Below, piece after piece: positions 40,166-53,700 of a DNA stretch of 64,000 nucleotides. Made by a program: the position numbers and the translations under genes. Position 1 is the stretch's first letter. Each line of letters starts with the position of its first letter. The stretch is from Macrostomum lignano (Eukaryota): contig NIVC01000142.1 of NCBI GenBank assembly GCA_002269645.1, positions 124,001 to 188,000 on the forward strand. Direction: 5' to 3'. The notes under the pieces are model-generated. The model ran no database searches, had not been told where the DNA came from, and was given only the letters and a program-made list of their open reading frames with translations.

Positions 40166-40194
40166 TAGAGAAAGAGAAATTGTGTTGGGAGAAA

Positions 40195-40372
40195 GAAGTA
40201 CAGAGTGGGATAAGTACAGAGTGAGATAAGTACAGAGTGAGATAAGTACAGAGTGGGATAAGTACAGAGTGAGATAAGTACAGAGTGAGATAAGTACAGA
40301 GTGAGATAAGTACAGAGGGAGATAAGTACAGAGTGAGATAAGCAAACAGTGAGAAAAGTACAGAGGGAGATA
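40195..40372. repeat. 16-bp minisatellite (gagataagtacagagt)
   Basis: Tandem copies. Confidence 0.92.
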
Positions 40373-41044
40373 AGTCTCACAAAGAGAAGTGAGAAGAAGG
40401 CTGAGGGGTGAGAGAGTGGGCAGTGCAAGAGAAGCGTGAGGGCGAGCGCGCATCCTGTGTGCCAGTCTGCAAGAAAGCTTTGAGAGCAGCCGAGCGTTAC
40501 TTCCGTAGCAAATCCTGGACTCAAAAAGATCTGAGTAAACAAATCTGATCTGGTGTCGCTCTCCTTACCAATTAACAGAACTCGCAGTCAGAACTGGATT
40601 CTGCCTCCTTTTGATCACCTGACTCCGCGTTGCTGCTCTTGTCAGGCTAAATACTTCCTTAGGGACGTCTTAGTAGAGTAATTAGCTAATTATATGCTTC
40701 AGGTGAGTTACGAGAATAGCCTAAATTGCTGTTGGAGTGCCTCTAAACCTTAAGAGTTTACGAGTAAGATGTAAGAGTCCACCCCGAAGCCTGGCGTCAC
40801 TTCGGGCTGAAAACTGAACAAACGTTTATCATGTGGAAACTCCATAAACATGCTGCTGAGTGCATGCATATCAAAAAGCTCAAATTGAATTGTAATTCTG
40901 ACTACTAGGAAAATTTTTTGAAATAATAATTTCACGAATTGGCTAATTAAATCTGAGCGACAAAATGTGAAAAAGGGAGAGGGAAATGATGGGCGCCAGA
41001 GATGGTAAAATGCTATCAATAAATATGATGATTTGGGAGAGAAA

Positions 41045-41770
41045 ACAGTTGCGTGGGAGAGAGGAAGAGGGAGTAGAGTAGGGAGGAGAGGGAGGGGAAG
41101 GAGAGAAGAGAGATGGAGAGGGGTGAAGGAGAGTATGGAGAAGGAGAGGGAGGTGAAGTAGAGTAGGGAGAAGGAGAGGGAGCGGAAGTAGAGTAGGGAG
41201 AAGGAGAGGAAGTAGAGTAGGGAGAAGGAGAGGAAGTAGAGTAGGGTGAAGGAGAGGAAGTAGAGTAGGGAGAAGGAGAGGGGGCAGTAGAGTAGGGTGA
41301 AGGAGAGGAAGTAGAGTAGGGAGAAGGAGAGCAAGTAGAGTAGGGAGAAGGAGAGGAAGTAGAGTAGGGAGAAGGAGAGGAAGTAGAGTAGGGAGAAGGA
41401 GAGGAAGTAGAGTAGGGAGAAGGAGAGGAAGTAGAGTAGGGAGAAGGAGAGGAAGTAGAGTAGGGAGAAGGAGAGGAAGTAGAGTAGGGAGAAGGAGAGG
41501 AAGTAAAGTAGGGAGAAGGAGAGGAAGTAGAGTAGGGAGAAGGAGAGGAAGTAGAGTAGGGTGAAGGAGAGGAAATAGAGTAGGGAGAAGGAGAGGAAAT
41601 AGAGTAGGGAGAAGGAGACGAAGTAGAGTAGGGAGAAGGAGACGAAGTAGAGTAGGGAGAAGGAGAGGAAGTAGAGTAGGGAGAAGGAGAGGGGGGCAGT
41701 AGAGTAGGGAGAAGGAGACGAATTAGAGTAGCGAGAAGGAGAGGAAGTAGAGTAGGGAGAAGGAGAGGAT
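41045..41770. repeat. 24-bp purine-rich minisatellite (gaggaagtagagtagggagaagga)
   Basis: Tandem copies. Confidence 0.94.
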
Positions 41771-43174
41771 GTAGAAGGGAGAATGAGCGGGAGCAATTAA
41801 GGTAGATTAGAAGTCGGATGCAGGGAGAAAGGTGAAGGGATCTGAGGTGGGAAGCAGAGCATTCGAGAAACAGGCAGAGCTGAGGCAAATGTCCCTGCAA
41901 CAAAAATAATGAATTTAATGGATCCCACTCGCTGGGCAAGGATTACCAGCGTAGTGATGGGGGGGAGCCGCGCAGGTGCACAAACAATGGCCCGATGCAT
42001 TAGATTAAATTCCCTGTTCAGCCCCGGGGATAAACACGAATAGCATTCGGCCTGTTTCTCCTCTTTGCACGTTGGCCCGTTCAGCTTCTGGCTGACTTTT
42101 CCCAGCGTGCGCGCCTCCGGTTCTTAAATAACGGGCCGCCCCGGCGCTGCCTGCGTCTGAAGGGGAAATTTGTGTTTCACTCGCCTCTTCTTTCCGCTTC
42201 GGTTTCCTTAGGCCTTGCAGCTGGAAAAAGGACAGTTTGACTTCCCTATGCTGGCCTGTCTCGGGGATATTTACAATATCCTCAAGGACGGGGTCCGATG
42301 TCAGCGCCTCCTCGGGGGGTAATTGAATCTGCTGCTCGGAGTTGGAGAATTGAATTTCTCAAAAATGAGAAGACACGAGAGGAATTCATTAATTCTACAG
42401 ACATGATAGTCGATAGGGACTTTTTTCTGGAATATTGGCTTCATTATGCAGCCATTGTCTACCGCTGCAAGCAGGCAGTTGTGGCTGAGCTGGCTGAATT
42501 GCATGCTTGTTGCTGCATAGAAATCCGGGTCTTTGGTAATCACCCAGGTGTGGCCAGCCTCCTCCTACGCTAGTTTTGTAGTAGGTAACGACGCAGAGGA
42601 CTCAAAAGAGCTCTAGAGCAGAAGCGCTCGCGGAAAGCCGAGGAGGGAAGGCGCATGGCCTGGCTAGGAGTCAGGTACAGGACGCGTGGATCGTCAATAA
42701 AATTTGTGTCAATGAGGGTCATGGTGCCGGCTCGTCCTCGGCGAAATCCCTCCTGAGGTTGGCTTCTCCCCATCCGTGCTTCCCTCCCACGATGCAGAGT
42801 ATATAAATCCTTCAGGCTTTCTAGGGCAGAAAGGAGGAGAATCCGAGGGCCGCGGAGCGGCACGAGGATTTCCGACTTTTTGCCCTAGATAACCTGCTGG
42901 ATTTGTATTCCTTCTTGATTTTGCGGGCGGGCCGAGAAACGACATTCTTCGGCCCGCGAGTCAAACTGCATTTGCTTCAGTCTAAGTTCAGTGCTTGAAG
43001 TCCTGATTCTCGGCCCGCAAGAAAATGGAATTTGTCTATGGCACAAAATGCAAACTGTATTTCATTTTAGCTCTGAGCCTAAAAGAGCGACTGACAAAGT
43101 AATAAGCTCGTAATTAGTCTAACTTTTTATTAAAACTGAATTCCATTAACTCCTGACCCGAGCGTTCTGAGAAC

Positions 43175-43549
43175 ATGATAGACTACTCCTGTATAGAAGG
43201 AGGCGAGATTTCTGGGTTGCAGCGTGAAGAAATCGACTTTGTATGCCAACTCCGTGGCCGTGGGCGAATGTTCAATCAGTACACTGGCTTGCCTGTGCCT
43301 GGAATTGGAGTCAGCAAGGCGCTCGACAACGGCCTGTTGGATGATCTAGTAAACGATCTTTCTGCTGAAGCGAGCAACGACAATCAACTCCGGGAGCTAA
43401 CAAGTGATGAAGTGAGCGCCATTTTGGATGTGGAGAATGCCTCACGCGTCGTCTCTACCGAAGCAAAAACAAGACAGTGTGTGGAGAAATTCAAGAAGTT
43501 TTTGCGCACCGAGAATCTTCCTGAATCCCGTGTTCTATTTTTCCTATAA
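43175..43549 (+). mobile_element. Possible truncated Crypton/DUF3504-type tyrosine-recombinase N-terminal fragment
   Basis: LRELTSDEVSAILDVENASRVVSTEAKTRQCVEKFKKFLRTENL resembles, by eye only, the helical N-terminus preceding Crypton-derived YR domains. No catalytic core was found downstream. Confidence 0.3.
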
Positions 43550-45734
43550 GTGAGTACCTCTGAACGCCATGTACTGTAACGACGGCGTGGGTTGCACCAC
43601 AAAACTATATTAAATCGTTACTGTTGTCCTCTTTGTAATGTTGCAATACAATACAATCGTTTCGGCTTCGTCTATGGCCCAGCCCGATATCGGGCAGAGA
43701 ATGGGCCATTTCTTAAGCAGCCTTGCCCGCAAAATCAAGCAGGAATAAGCTTAGAAGTGCGCTCGTCAGGGCCGCTGCGCACCCTGTGTGAGCGGGTGTA
43801 CAAGTGTGTTTCTGTGTACAGTTTCGGCACGCTTGTGTGTGCTCAGGAGTCAGCGGGTATCCACAGCCCTCCTGCAAATTTCCTACAAGCATGAACGTTG
43901 TTCTGTATTGCACTGAAGGCTGATTTATGATGAAGGATGGCTAAATCAAATTTTGACAATCAGCACTACTGGAGACTGAGGAATAAGTGACCCCTGCGTA
44001 ACGCTTTCTCGGCACGCCTGTGTAGCATGAGACAGACCAGGCTTACGAGCCAAGGTCTGCAATCATACACACCTGCACCCCTTCTATTCTGCTGCGGGAC
44101 TTACAGGCCGACCCAGGGGTTCACGTCCCGCGTGTGTTCAAGGCAGCCCATCCGTGACCTGTGCGTGATCAGGTACCTCTGGCGACGGCTCTGAGGAACA
44201 AGTATCACCCTCTGACCTTAACAGGGTATGCGGCCAGTCCGCAGGCTGCGGGGGCAGCCTCCTTGTCTCTCTTAAGGAACCCAATATAGCACCGCGCTGA
44301 TGGACCTTCGGCTCGGCCTTTAGCTGGACCATTAGCCGCGGGGAGCATCTCGGTTGTTAACGGTAGGGCCGGTAAGGGCTCCGAGCTTAGCTCCCATTTG
44401 CTTCTCAGTGACCTAAGGAGTTTCAACGTGACACCTGCCGCATCCCTAGATGCTGCTGGAACGCAAATAGCCCGCTGACAAAATGAGGTTTTACCACAGA
44501 CAATCTGCCGAGAAAAATTCACTAAGGAAGGCACACATTGCAGGTTCGGTAGAGCTGTAACTGTAGCAGTATTTTTTAAATAACAGACTGGATTTAACTT
44601 GCGATATCAGTTCAGTTCAAGCGCATTATCAGTTTCAACTAATATTTGAAAGTCCAGAATGAGGGTTAGTTATCGGTTTACTGCACAAAAAGGGAAATGT
44701 GAAGTGTGGCCCACCGAACACCGGCAAGCAAGCAAAGTTCCGGCAAAATTTCAGTTCTCTATTAAATGTACTTTTTTACTGTCTATGATACATCAGACAA
44801 AGCATGCATCTTATCTTGATAAGCTAATTAGTTAAATTGATTTATTTTGCCGATGTATTATTATGCTTCAGCTATCCATGAATAGATTTTGGCACCAGTT
44901 TAAATTTAGATTTCTTAGAAACGAAGAAATTTCACATTTCGCCGGAGGGCGAACTCCTTTGTACTTTTATTCCGGAGATCAGGCATTAATCCGATTTTCT
45001 ACAGCTGCAGCAGGATACCCTGGCCAGCTGGTTTAAATTAAAGGCATTAGAAAGTCCCAGAAGGTTGCAAGCGGTTTGCAATTAGCTATTTTTGCAACTG
45101 AGCTCCGAGTTCCCTCCCCTTGCACCCACCTGTCTCCGCGCGAGCAAACAGTTCGGCATTAGAGGCATCCATCCATCCCCAGGACTCGCTGCTCATCCGT
45201 CATTTTTCTTCCTTTTTTGACATCCCCTTCCTGTGTGTCAGTTAGTGCTCAACCTCCAGCCCGTCCCCAAAGTCACTCTCCACCCATCCCCTCCCACACT
45301 AAAAAAGTATCCCCTCGTGGGATTTTAGCGATCCCCATCAGCAGCGCCTGATCGATTAAGTGCAGAGCTGGAGTCCAACGTTTTTTTGGGAGCTTCCTTT
45401 GAGAACTTTTCTTGGCGAAGAGTCGGGGATCAGCTGCAGAGGGGAAATTGTAAGCAGTGCGGGAATCTGGCCTGCTCGTCATGATCGATAGATGAGACAG
45501 CTCCGTCTGGGGGCGATGAATTGATAATCAGGGAAGGGGCATCTCTGCAACTCGAATGGATTGCACTGAGTCGAGAATCGCAGCGAACTTCTATTGCGTA
45601 CCTACATGTCTGCCTACCTGTGTCTGTACCGCTTTCCCATCTGTGACTTGACCGCTTACCGATACGCTGTGAATGAGAGCAAATGATGAATGAAACCAAC
45701 GAGGAAATGGAGAGGGAAGGTGAGTGGAAGTATG

Positions 45735-47750
45735 GTAGGGTAGGGGGAGAGGGAGAGGAGAGAAAGTAGAGTAGGGAGAGGGGGAGAGAGAGGAAGTAGA
45801 GTAGGGAGAAGGGGATGGGAGAGGAAGTAGAGTAGGGAGAAGGAGAGGAAGTAGAGTAGGGAGAAGGGGAGGGAGAGGAAGTAGAGTAGGGAGAGGGGGA
45901 GGGAGAGGAAGTAGAGTAGGGTGAAGAATAGGGAGAGGAAGTAGAGTAGGGTGAAGGATAGGGAGAGGAAGTAGAGTAGGGTGAAGGATAGGGAGAGGAA
46001 GTAGAGTAGGGTGAGAGAGAGAGAGAGGAAGTAGAGTAGGGTGAGGGAGAGAGAGAGGAAGTAGAGTAGGGTGAGGGAGAGAGAGAGGAAGTAAAGTAGG
46101 GTGAGGGAGAGAGAGAGAGGAAGTAGAGTAGGGTGAGGGAGAGAGAGAGAGGAAGTAGAGTAGGGTGAGAGAGAGAGCGAGAGAGGAAGTAGAGTAGGGT
46201 GAGGGAGAGAGAGAGGAAGTAGAGTAGGGTGAGGGAGAGAGAGAGAGGAAGTAGAGTAGGGTGAGGGAGAGAGAGAGGAAGTAGAGTAGGGTGAAGGATA
46301 GGGAGAGGAGGTAGAGTAGGGTGAAGGATAGGGAGAGGAGGTAGAGTAGGGTGAAGGATAGGGAGAGGAAGTAGAGTAGAGTGAAGGATAGGGAGAGGAG
46401 GTAGAGTAGGTTGAAGGATAGGGAGAGGAAGTAGAGTAGGGTGAAGGATAGCGAGAGGAAGTAGAGTAGAGTGAAGGATAGGGAGAGGAAGTAGAGTAGG
46501 GTGAAGGATAGGGAGAGGAAGTAGAGTAGGGTGAAGGATAGGGAGAGGAAGTAGAGTAGGGAGAAGGGGAGGGAGAGGAAGTAGAGTAGGGAGAGGGGGG
46601 GAGAGGAAGTAGAGTAGGGTGAGAGAGAGAGAGAGGAAGTAGAGTAGGGTGAGGGAGAGAGAGAGAGAGGAAGTAGAGTAGGGTGAGGGAGAGAGAGAGG
46701 AAGTAAAGTAGGGTGAGGGAGAGAGAGAGAGGAAGTAGAGTAGGGTGAGGGAGAGAGAGAGGAAGTAGAGTAGGGAGAAGGGGATGGGAGAGGAAGTAGA
46801 GTAGGGAGAAGGGGAGGGAGAGGAAGTAGAGTAGGGAGAGGGGGAGGGAGAGGAAGTAGAGTAGGGTGAAGAATAGGGAGAGAAAGTAGAGTAGGGTGAA
46901 GGATAGGGAGAGGAAGTAGAGTAGGGTGAAGGATAGGGAGAGGAAGTAGAGTAGGGTGAAGGATAGGGAGAGGAAGTAGAGTAGGGTGAGGGAGAGAGAG
47001 AGGAAGTAGAGTAGGGTGAGGGAGAGAGAGAGGAAGTAAAGTAGGGTGAGGGAGAGAGAGAGAGGAAGTAGAGTAGGGTGAGGGAGAGAGAGAGAGGAAG
47101 TAGAGTAGGGTGAGAGAGAGAGCGAGAGAGGAAGTAGAGTAGGGTGAGGGAGAGAGAGAGGAAGTAGAGTAGGGTGAGGGAGAGAGAGAGAGGAAGTAGA
47201 GTAGGGTGAGGGAGAGAGAGAGGAAGTAGAGTAGGGTGAAGGATAGGGAGAGGAGGTAGAGTAGGGTGAAGGATAGGGAGAGGAGGTAGAGTAGGGTGAA
47301 GGATAGGGAGAGGAAGTAGAGTAGGGAGAAGGGGAGGGAGAGGAAGTAGAGTAGGGAGAGGGGGAGGGAGAGGAAGTAGAGTAGGGTGAGAGAGAGAGAG
47401 GAAGTAGAGTAGGGTGAGGGAGAGAGAGAGAGAGGAAGTAGAGTAGGGTGAGGGAGAGAGAGAGGAAGTAAAGTAGGGTGAGGGAGAGAGAGAGAGGAAG
47501 TAGAGTAGGGTGAGGGAGAGAGAGAGGAAGTAGAGTAGGGTGAGGGAGAGAGAGAGGAAGTAGAGTAGGATGAGGGAGAGAGAGAGAGGAAGTAGAGTAG
47601 GGTGAGGGAGAGAGAGAGAGGAAGTAGAGTAGGGTGAGGGAGAGAGAGAGAGTAAGTAGAGTAGGGTGAGGGAAAGGGAGAGGAAGTAGAGTAGGGGAGA
47701 AGGATAGGGAGAGGAAGTAGAGTAGGGGAGAAGAGGAGAGGGGAGAGGAG
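45735..47750. repeat. About 30-bp purine-rich minisatellite (gaggaagtagagtagggtgaggga(ga)n), related to the 41-kb array
   Basis: Shared core gaggaagtagagtaggg; internal block duplication of about 950 bp. Confidence 0.94.
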
Positions 47751-48976
47751 AAGTATTAACAGAGTGGAAGTAGACTGGTCAGAAAGAATTGGACGCAGAG
47801 ATTATCGAGCGCTCGATATTCTCTGATTGGACGTGAAAACGAGCAGCCCTCCTGTTATTGCTCAACCTGGGTAATATCGTATTTGATTTTAGCTGTTTTA
47901 TTCATTTTTTTGGAATACTTGACTTGGATAATAACACAAATAAGTATTAGTAATAATAGGCTTTTTCTATCGCTGACAACTTTTAATGGTTTACTTACTG
48001 TTAAGCTTCCCTTGCTCTTGTCGTCAGTTTTTCAACTGAAGAAATAAAAATTCAGTTACTTTTCAATGCAGCTTACTGTCAGTAGGACTTATAAGGCTTT
48101 TTTAAAGGTAAGAGTAATCACGTTTTAGAATGACTATAGTATTCGTACAAAATTGGCTGTATTTAAAGATCACTTTAGGCATGAATGAGTGGTGAAGGTT
48201 GAAACGCACAAAGCGATGGGGCCAATCCCCGTGGAAAGCAAATTTATGTTTCTCTCCAAAATAACCTTTGTTAGTCACCGAAAATCGCAAGCAAACACCA
48301 GTAATGCATCGATTCCATTCGAGCTCAGGCGACGACAAACGGGTAAAAATGGGGGGCGTTGCCCTTAGCAACTGGGGGGAGGGGCTTGCGCGCACAAAGC
48401 TGTCACGCACACTGCTTTTGCTATACTAGACTTTTTTTCGGCGCAAAGCGAAGCGAGAGAGAGAGAGAGAGACTGAGAGATGCTGGGCAAAGGCATCCAA
48501 GCTTCATCTCGGCATACAGCACGGTCGGGTGAGCTTGTCTGGGGGGATGCAACAGAAATGAGAAAGCGATGGGTGATGAGCACACACGCCTGACTTGGTC
48601 AAGTCGAGCCAATCGGTCCATCCCTTAGGACTCGGCCGTTGAGCACAGTGAGCAGCGGTGGTCGGGCGTGAAGCATAAGGTGTCACCTGATAGCCCCCCC
48701 CCTAGCCAATTCCTGAGAGATGTAGACAGACAGACCGAAATTAATTAACCAATGAACTCACATTTCTGTCATCAACTGGACCAGCTCTCTACTTAACATT
48801 AATTTCAGAATTTTTGCATGCATTCTTCGATTTTTTATTTATTAAATTTTCTGTTTGTACAACTACAGGAAGAAAAAACTATTCGTTTGTTTGTTCAGTG
48901 CAAACAGAATCGAGCCTGCTTGAGCCTTCACGCTTGGATGGTCTCACGCTGTAGAACTGAAGTCCGTGTGTCTGGA

Positions 48977-51900
48977 TCCTGAAGGACTGGTGCTTGTGTT
49001 ATGGCTGTCTCCTGAAGGACTGGTGGTTGTGTTATGGCTGTCTCCTGAAGGACTGGTGGTTGTGTTATGGCTGTCTCCTGAAGGACTGGTGGTTGTGTTA
49101 TGGCTGTCTCCTGAAGGACTGGTGGTTGTGTTATGGCTGTCTCCTGAAGGACTGGTGGTTGTGTTATGGCTGTCTCCTGAAGGACTGGTGGTTGGGTTAT
49201 GGCTGTCTCCTGAAGGACTGGTGGTTGTGTTTTGGCTGTCTCCTGAAGGACTGGTGGTTGTGTTATGGCTGTCTCCTGAAGGACTGGTGGTTGTGTTATG
49301 GCTGTCTCCTGAAGGACTGGTGGTTGTGTTATGGCTGTCTCCTGAAGGACTGGTGGTTGGGTTATGGCTGTCTCCTGAAGGACTGGTGGTTGTGTTATGG
49401 CTGTCTCCTGAAGGACTGGTGGTTGTGTTATGGCTGTCTCCTGAAGGACTGGTGGTTGTGTTATGGCTGTCTCCTGAAGGACTGGTGGTTGTGTTATGGC
49501 TGTCTCCTGAAGGACTGGTGGTTGTGTTATGGCTGTCTCCTGAAGGACTGGTGGTTGTGTTATGGCTGTCTCCTGAAGGACTGGTGGTTGTGTTATGGCT
49601 GTCTCCTGAAGGACTGGTGGTTGGGTTATGGCTGTCTCCTGAAGGACTGGTGGTTGTGTTATGGCTGTCTCCTGAAGGACTGGTGGTTGTGTTTTGGCTG
49701 TCTCCTGAAGGACTGGTGGTTGTGTTATGGCTGTCTCCTGAAGGACTGGTGGTTGTGTTATGGCTGTCTCCTGAAGGACTGGTGGTTGTGTTATGGCTGT
49801 CTCCTGAAGGACTGGTGGTTGTGTTATGGCTGTCTCCTGAAGGACTGGTGGTTGGTTATGGCTGTCTCCTGAAGGACTGGTGGTTGTGTTATGGCTGTCT
49901 CCTGAAGGACTGGTGGTTGTGTTATGGCTGTCTCCTGAAGGACTGGTGGTTGTGTTATGGCTGTCTCCTGAAGGACTGGTGGTTGTGTTATGGCTGTCTC
50001 CTGAAGGACTGGTGGTTGGTTATGGCTGTCTCCTGAAGGACTGGTGGTTGTGTTATGGCTGTCTCCTGAAGGACTGGTGGTTGTGTTATGGCTGTCTCCT
50101 GAAGGACTGGTGGTTGTGTTATGGCTGTCTCCTGAAGGACTGGTGGTTGTGTTATGGCTGTCTCCTGAAGGACTGGTGGTTGTGTTATGGCTGTCTCCTG
50201 AAGGACTGGTGGTTGTGTTATGGCTGTCTCCTGAAGGACTGGTGGTTGTGTTATGGCTGTCTCCTGAAGGACTGGTGGTTGTGTTATGGCTGTCTCCTGA
50301 AGGACTGGTGGTTGTGTTATGGCTGTCTCCTGAAGGACTGGTGGTTGGGTTATGGCTGTCTCCTGAAGGACTGGTGGTTGTGTTATGGCTGTCTCCTGAA
50401 GGACTGGTGGTTGTGTTATGGCTGTCTCCTGAAGGACTGGTGGTTGTGTTATGGCTGTCTCCTGAAGGACTGGTGGTTGTGTTATGGCTGTCTCCTGAAG
50501 GACTGGTGCTTGTGTTATGGCTGTCTCCTGAAGGACTGGTGGTTGTGTTATGGCTGTCTCCTGAAGGACTGGTGGTTGTGTTATGGCTGTCTCCTGAAGG
50601 ACTGGTGGTTGTGTTATGGCTGTCTCCTGAAGGACTGGTGGTTGTGTTATGGCTGTCTCCTGAAGGACTGGTGGTTGTGTTATGGCTGTCTCCTGAAAGA
50701 CTGGTGGTTGTGTTATGGCTGTCTCCTGAAGGACTGGTGGTTGTGTTATGGCTGTCTCCTGAAGGACTGGTGGTTGTGTTATGGCTGTCTCCTGAAGGAC
50801 TGGTGGTTGTGTTATGGCTGTCTCCTGAAGGACTGGTGGTTGTGTTATGGCTGTCTCCTGAAGGACTGGTGGTTGTGTTATGGCTGTCTCCTGAAGGACT
50901 GGTGGTTGTGTTATGGCTGTCTCCTGAAGGACTGGTGGTTGTGTTATGGCTGTCTCCTGAAGGACTGGTGGTTGTGTTATGGCTGTCTCCTGAAGGACTG
51001 GTGGTTGTGTTATGGCTGTCTCCTGAAGGACTGGTGGTTGTGTTATGGCTGTCTCCTGAAGGACTGGTGGTTGTGTTATGGCTGTCTCCTGAAGGACTGG
51101 TGGTTGGTTATGGCTGTCTCCTGAAGGACTGGTGGTTGTGTTATGGCTGTCTCCTGAAGGACTGGTGGTTGTGTTATGGCTGTCTCCTGAAGGACTGGTG
51201 GTTGTGTTATGGCTGTCTCCTGAAGGACTGGTGGTTGTGTTATGGCTGTCTCCTGAAGGACTGGTGGTTGTGTTATGGCTGTCTCCTGAAGGACTGGTGG
51301 TTGGTTATGGCTGTCTCCTGAAGGACTGGTGGTTGTGTTTGGCTGTCTCCTGAAGGACTGGTGGTTGTGTTATGGCTGTCTCCTGAAGGACTGGTGGTTG
51401 TGTTATGGCTGTCTCCTGAAGGACTGGTGGTTGTGTTATGGCTGTCTCCTGAAGGACTGGTGGTTGTGTTATGGCTGTCTCCTGAAGGACTGGTGGTTGT
51501 GTTATGGCTGTCTCCTGAAGGACTGGTGGTTGTGTTATGGCTGTCTCCTGAAGGACTGGTGGTTGTGTTATGGCTGTCTCCTGAAGGACTGGTGGTTGTG
51601 TTATGGCTGTCTCCTGAAGGACTGGTGGTTGTGTTATGGCTGTCTCCTGAAGGACTGGTGGTTGTGTTATGGCTGTCTCCTGAAGGACTGGTGGTTGTGT
51701 TATGGCTGTCTCCTGAAGGACTGGTGGTTGTGTTATGGCTGTCTCCTGAAGGACTGGTGGTTGTGTTATGGCTGTCTCCTGAAGGACTGGTGGTTGTGTT
51801 ATGGCTGTCTCCTGAAGGACTGGTGGTTGTGTTATGGCTGTCTCCTGAAGGACTGGTGGTTGTGTTATGGCTGTCTCCTGAAGGACTGGTGGTTGTGTTA

Positions 51901-53700
51901 TGGCTGTCTCCTGAAGGACTGGTGGTTGTGTTATGGCTGTCTCCTGAAGGACTGGTGGTTGTGTTATGGCTGTCTCCTGAAGGACTGGTGGTTGTGTTAT
52001 GGCTGTCTCCTGAAGGACTGGTGGTTGTGTTATGGCTGTCTCCTGAAGGACTGGTGGTTGTGTTATGGCTGTCTCCTGAAGGACTGGTGGTTGTGTTATG
52101 GCTGTCTCCTGAAGGACTGGTGGTTGTGTTATGGCTGTCTCCTGAAGGACTGGTGGTTGTGTTATGGCTGTCTCCTGAAGGACTGGTGGTTGTGTTATGG
52201 CTGTCTCCTGAAGGACTGGTGGTTGTGTTATGGCTGTCTCCTGAAGGACTGGTGGTTGTGTTATGGCTGTCTCCTGAAGGACTGGTGGTTGTGTTATGGC
52301 TGTCTCCTGAAGGACTGGTGGTTGTGTTATGGCTGTCTCCTGAAGGACTGGTGGTTGTGTTATGGCTGTCTCCTGAAGGACTGGTGGTTGTGTTATGGCT
52401 GTCTCCTGAAGGACTGGTGGTTGTGTTATGGCTGTCTCCTGAAGGACTGGTGGTTGTGTTATGGCTGTCTCCTGAAGGACTGGTGGTTGGTTATGGCTGT
52501 CTCCTGAAGGACTGGTGGTTGTGTTATGGCTGTCTCCTGAAGGACTGGTGGTTGTGTTATGGCTGTCTCCTGAAGGACTGGTGGTTGTGTTATGGCTGTC
52601 TCCTGAAGGACTGGTGGTTGTGTTATGGCTGTCTCCTGAAGGACTGGTGGTTGTGTTATGGCTGTCTCCTGAAGGACTGGTGGTTGGTTATGGCTGTCTC
52701 CTGAAGGACTGGTGGTTGTGTTATGGCTGTCTCCTGAAGGACTGGTGGTTGTGTTATGGCTGTCTCCTGAAGGACTGGTGGTTGTGTTATGGCTGTCTCC
52801 TGAAGGACTGGTGGTTGTGTTATGGCTGTCTCCTGAAGGACTGGTGGTTGTGTTATGGCTGTCTCTTGAAGGACTGGTGGTTGTGTTATGGCTGTCTCCT
52901 GAAGGACTGGTGGTTGTGTTATGGCTGTCTCCTGAAGGACTGGTGGTTGTGTTATGGCTGTCTCCTGAAGGACTGGTGGTTGTGTTATGGCTGTCTCCTG
53001 AAGGACTGGTGGTTGGTTATGGCTGTCTCCTGAAGGACTGGTGGTTGTGTTATGGCTGTCTCCTGAAGGACTGGTGGTTGTGTTATGGCTGTCTCCTGAA
53101 GGACTGGTGGTTGTGTTATGGCTGTCTCCTGAAGGACTGGTGGTTGTGTTATGGCTGTCTCCTGAAGGACTGGTGGTTGTGTTATGGCTGTCTCCTGAAG
53201 GACTGGTGGTTGTGTTATGGCTGTCTCCTGAAGGACTGGTGGTTGTGTTATGGCTGTCTCCTGAAGGACTGGTGGTTGTGTTATGGCTGTCTCCTGAAGG
53301 ACTGGTGGTTGTGTTATGGCTGTCTCCTGAAGGACTGGTGGTTGGTTATGGCTGTCTCCTGAAGGACTGGTGGTTGTGTTATGGCTGTCTCCTGAAGGAC
53401 TGGTGGTTGTGTTATGGCTGTCTCCTGAAGGACTGGTGGTTGTGTTATGGCTGTCTCCTGAAGGACTGGTGGTTGTGTTATGGCTGTCTCCTGAAGGACT
53501 GGTGGTTGTGTTATGGCTGTCTCCTGAAGGACTGGTGGTTGTGTTATGGCTGTCTCCTGAAGGACTGGTGGTTGTGTTATGGCTGTCTCCTGAAGGACTG
53601 GTGGTTGTGTTATGGCTGTCTCCTGAAGGACTGGTGGTTGTGTTATGGCTGTCTCCTGAAGGACTGGTGGTTGTGTTATGGCTGTCTCCTGAAGGACTAT
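48977..53700. repeat. 33-bp minisatellite, about 143 highly homogeneous copies (ggtggttgtgttatggctgtctcctgaaggact)
   Basis: Direct; 4.7 kb with nine 32-bp units. Confidence 0.98.

Noticed and set aside
42298-42945. Short ORFs on both strands between the purine arrays
   Set aside because: No recognisable domain, interrupted by stops and no consistent splice model.
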